From an uncultured delta proteobacterium (GTDB lineage Bacteria > Desulfobacterota > Syntrophia > Syntrophales > Smithellaceae), in the NCBI GenBank assembly GCA_963753975.1, contig CAVWEH010000005.1, positions 544,001 through 608,000 of the forward strand: DNA of 64,000 bases. Reading direction: 5' to 3'. The position numbers and the translations under genes were made by a program. The notes below the pieces were generated by a model. That model was not told the DNA's origin and ran no database searches. It worked only from the letters and a program-made list of their open reading frames with translations. Positions within the stretch are counted from its first letter, which is position 1, and each line of letters begins with the position of its first letter. Positions 62,256-64,000 of this stretch are shown here, one piece after another.

Positions 62256-62855
62256 ATGGGCAACGCAAATCTTTCAGCGATTCTGACAATAGTTGCACTG
62301 GTACTCAGCTTCATTGTCCTATGTGTGGTCGCATGCCAGACCTATCTAAATCGAAAGTCACTGACTCTGGCGAAGCAAAGCATCGATGCGGATAGAAAGA
62401 TTCGGCAGATAGAGTTGCTCCCCAAGGCCCATTTTATTTTTGAAGTACAATATCATGTGAAAAAATGGTTAGAGGACATTGAAAACACAACGAAGGCCCT
62501 TCAAGACGCCTTCGATACTAAAGATCTCGCCCTTTTGAGAAAGATCTCAGAAAAGGCTCTGAAAAGTCCCAAAGGTCTGGTCGACAAGTTTTCGTACGAA
62601 AAAGGACCACGATGGCTGTCGGAAATCTGGCTCGCTTCTGCACAATATTATTATGATTTCAATAGTCCGCTGAGGGATCTATGGAATGAAAAAAGACAAG
62701 AGCCTTTTTGGGATTTGGCTCCAGACCTAATAGATAGGGGCAAGGAACATTCCCGTCACATTTCGAATCTCTTGGGCTATATTAACCAGACGGTGCCTGA
62801 GTCTTATGCAGCAGCCCCAGCGAGTATCAGTGATAGCAAGTTTTTGTCGGATTAA
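62256..62855 (+). CDS. Probable cassette gene: N-terminal TM plus helical domain
   Basis: Starts 16 bp after the attC R' with SD GAGG. Confidence 0.7.
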   Translation: MGNANLSAILTIVALVLSFIVLCVVACQTYLNRKSLTLAKQSIDADRKIRQIELLPKAHFIFEVQYHVKKWLEDIENTTKALQDAFDTKDLALLRKISEKALKSPKGLVDKFSYEKGPRWLSEIWLASAQYYYDFNSPLRDLWNEKRQEPFWDLAPDLIDRGKEHSRHISNLLGYINQTVPESYAAAPASISDSKFLSD

Positions 62856-62880
62856 TTAATGAGTGTATTGGTTAACAAAT

Positions 62881-63003
62881 GGGCTCTTCAAAAATGCTCA
62901 GATGCAAGGCGCGCAAGGCTTGAGGAATGAGACGTATTTTTCCGTACGCCGCAACGACGAGAGATGCAGCGCAACGCCGCAGGTGGGCATTTTGCGATAG
63001 CCC
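62881..63003. mobile_element. MITE-like element, family E
   Basis: TIRs GGGCT..AAAATGC / GCATTTT..AGCCC flanked by AAT on both sides; body matches 58919-59044. Confidence 0.8.
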
Positions 63004-63005
63004 AA

Positions 63006-64000
63006 TCAGTCTTTAAAAATCGCCCCGGTCGACGCCGACGTCACCAGTCTTCGCATAGCGCGCCAGATAGCCGCTCGTGATTGCCGGTTTTCTTAATTTC
63101 AGATGTTTTTTGCGCTTCTCCAGATCTTTGTCGCTCACTTTCAGTGTCAATGTTTTTTCCGGCATATTGATGGCAATGATGTCGCCTTCTTTCACCAGCG
63201 CAATCGGGCCGCCTTCGGCCGCTTCGGGCGATATATGGCCGATAGCCGCGCCTTGTGTGCCGCCGCTGAAACGTGCCGTCGGTCAAGAAGCGCAACCGTT
63301 TTATCCAGACCCATGCCGACAATGGCCGATGTGGGCGAGAGCATTTCCCTCATTCCCGGCCCGCCTTTAGGACCTTCATAGCGGATCACAACGATATCGC
63401 CGGATTTAATTTTTCCCTTGAGAATTGCTTTTATCGCGTCGTCTTCGCAATCAAATACGCGGGCTTTTCCTTCGTTCACCTGCATACCGGGAGAAACGGC
63501 GGATTGCTTCACAACAGCTCCGTCCGGCGCCAGATTGCCCCGCAAAACGGCGATGCCGCCCTGCGACGAATAAGGATTATTCAACGGCCGGATAACATCC
63601 TCGTCCAAAACGTGCGCGTTCTTTAAATTGGTCTCCACGTTTTTACCGGTAACGGTATGAGCTTTCATATCCAAGACGCCCAGCGTACTGATGACTTTCA
63701 TGAGCGCTTGAATACCGCCGGCAGTATCAAAATCTTGAATATGGTGATGGCCGGCGGGGCTTAATTTACAAAGGTTGGGTGTTTTCTCGCTGATTTTATT
63801 GAAGAGATCTAAATCAATTTTAATGCCTGCTTCATGAGCGATCGCCGGAATATGCAAAACGGTATTGGTGGAACAACCCAGCGCCATATCCACGGCAATG
63901 GCGTTCTTAAAAGCGGCCAATGTCGCGATATCGCGCGGCTTCACATTCTTTTTGAATAATTCCATAATTTTCATTCCCGCGTGTTTGGCGAGCCTCCGGC
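63006..64000 (-). CDS. ilvD: Dihydroxy-acid dehydratase, 3' part, with frameshifts
   Basis: [20 protein letters not shown] and [15 protein letters not shown]-terminus VTSASTGA lies in a shifted frame. Confidence 0.92.

Overview
Replication-origin region of an anaerobic deltaproteobacterium, probably Syntrophales (Smithella/Syntrophus-like); this assignment is inferred from gene content only. The core backbone is rsmG-parA-parB-dnaA-[oriC with DnaA box and DnaA-trios]-dnaN-gyrB-gyrA followed by archease-rtcB. The window also carries paaK, trmJ, a KdnA/KdnB-like pair, two sigma54 two-component modules, degP/pal, a glycine cleavage operon, an ADP-forming acyl-CoA synthetase, def, a MenK/MqnK-like radical SAM enzyme, selA, rluD, pgeF, hldD, kdsB and ilvD. 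The most unusual signal is integron-type gene cassettes with attC sites at three separate loci (about 3.2-5.0 kb, 28.6-30.9 kb and 61.5-62.9 kb) with no integrase in the window. At two of these loci the genes sit behind a shared attI-like motif (GATAYRKATRAACRWTGTT, three copies) that is linked to a dispersed palindromic repeat. Several MITE-like repeat families are present; two copies bracket rtcB, and copies appear to supply translation start signals for rtcB and kdsB. Direct repeats flank a 7.4 kb envelope/signalling island, and there is a Bacillus-type YtpB terpene cyclase homologue. Several conserved genes carry single-base frameshifts that are probably sequencing errors. All alignments were done by eye and no database searches were run.
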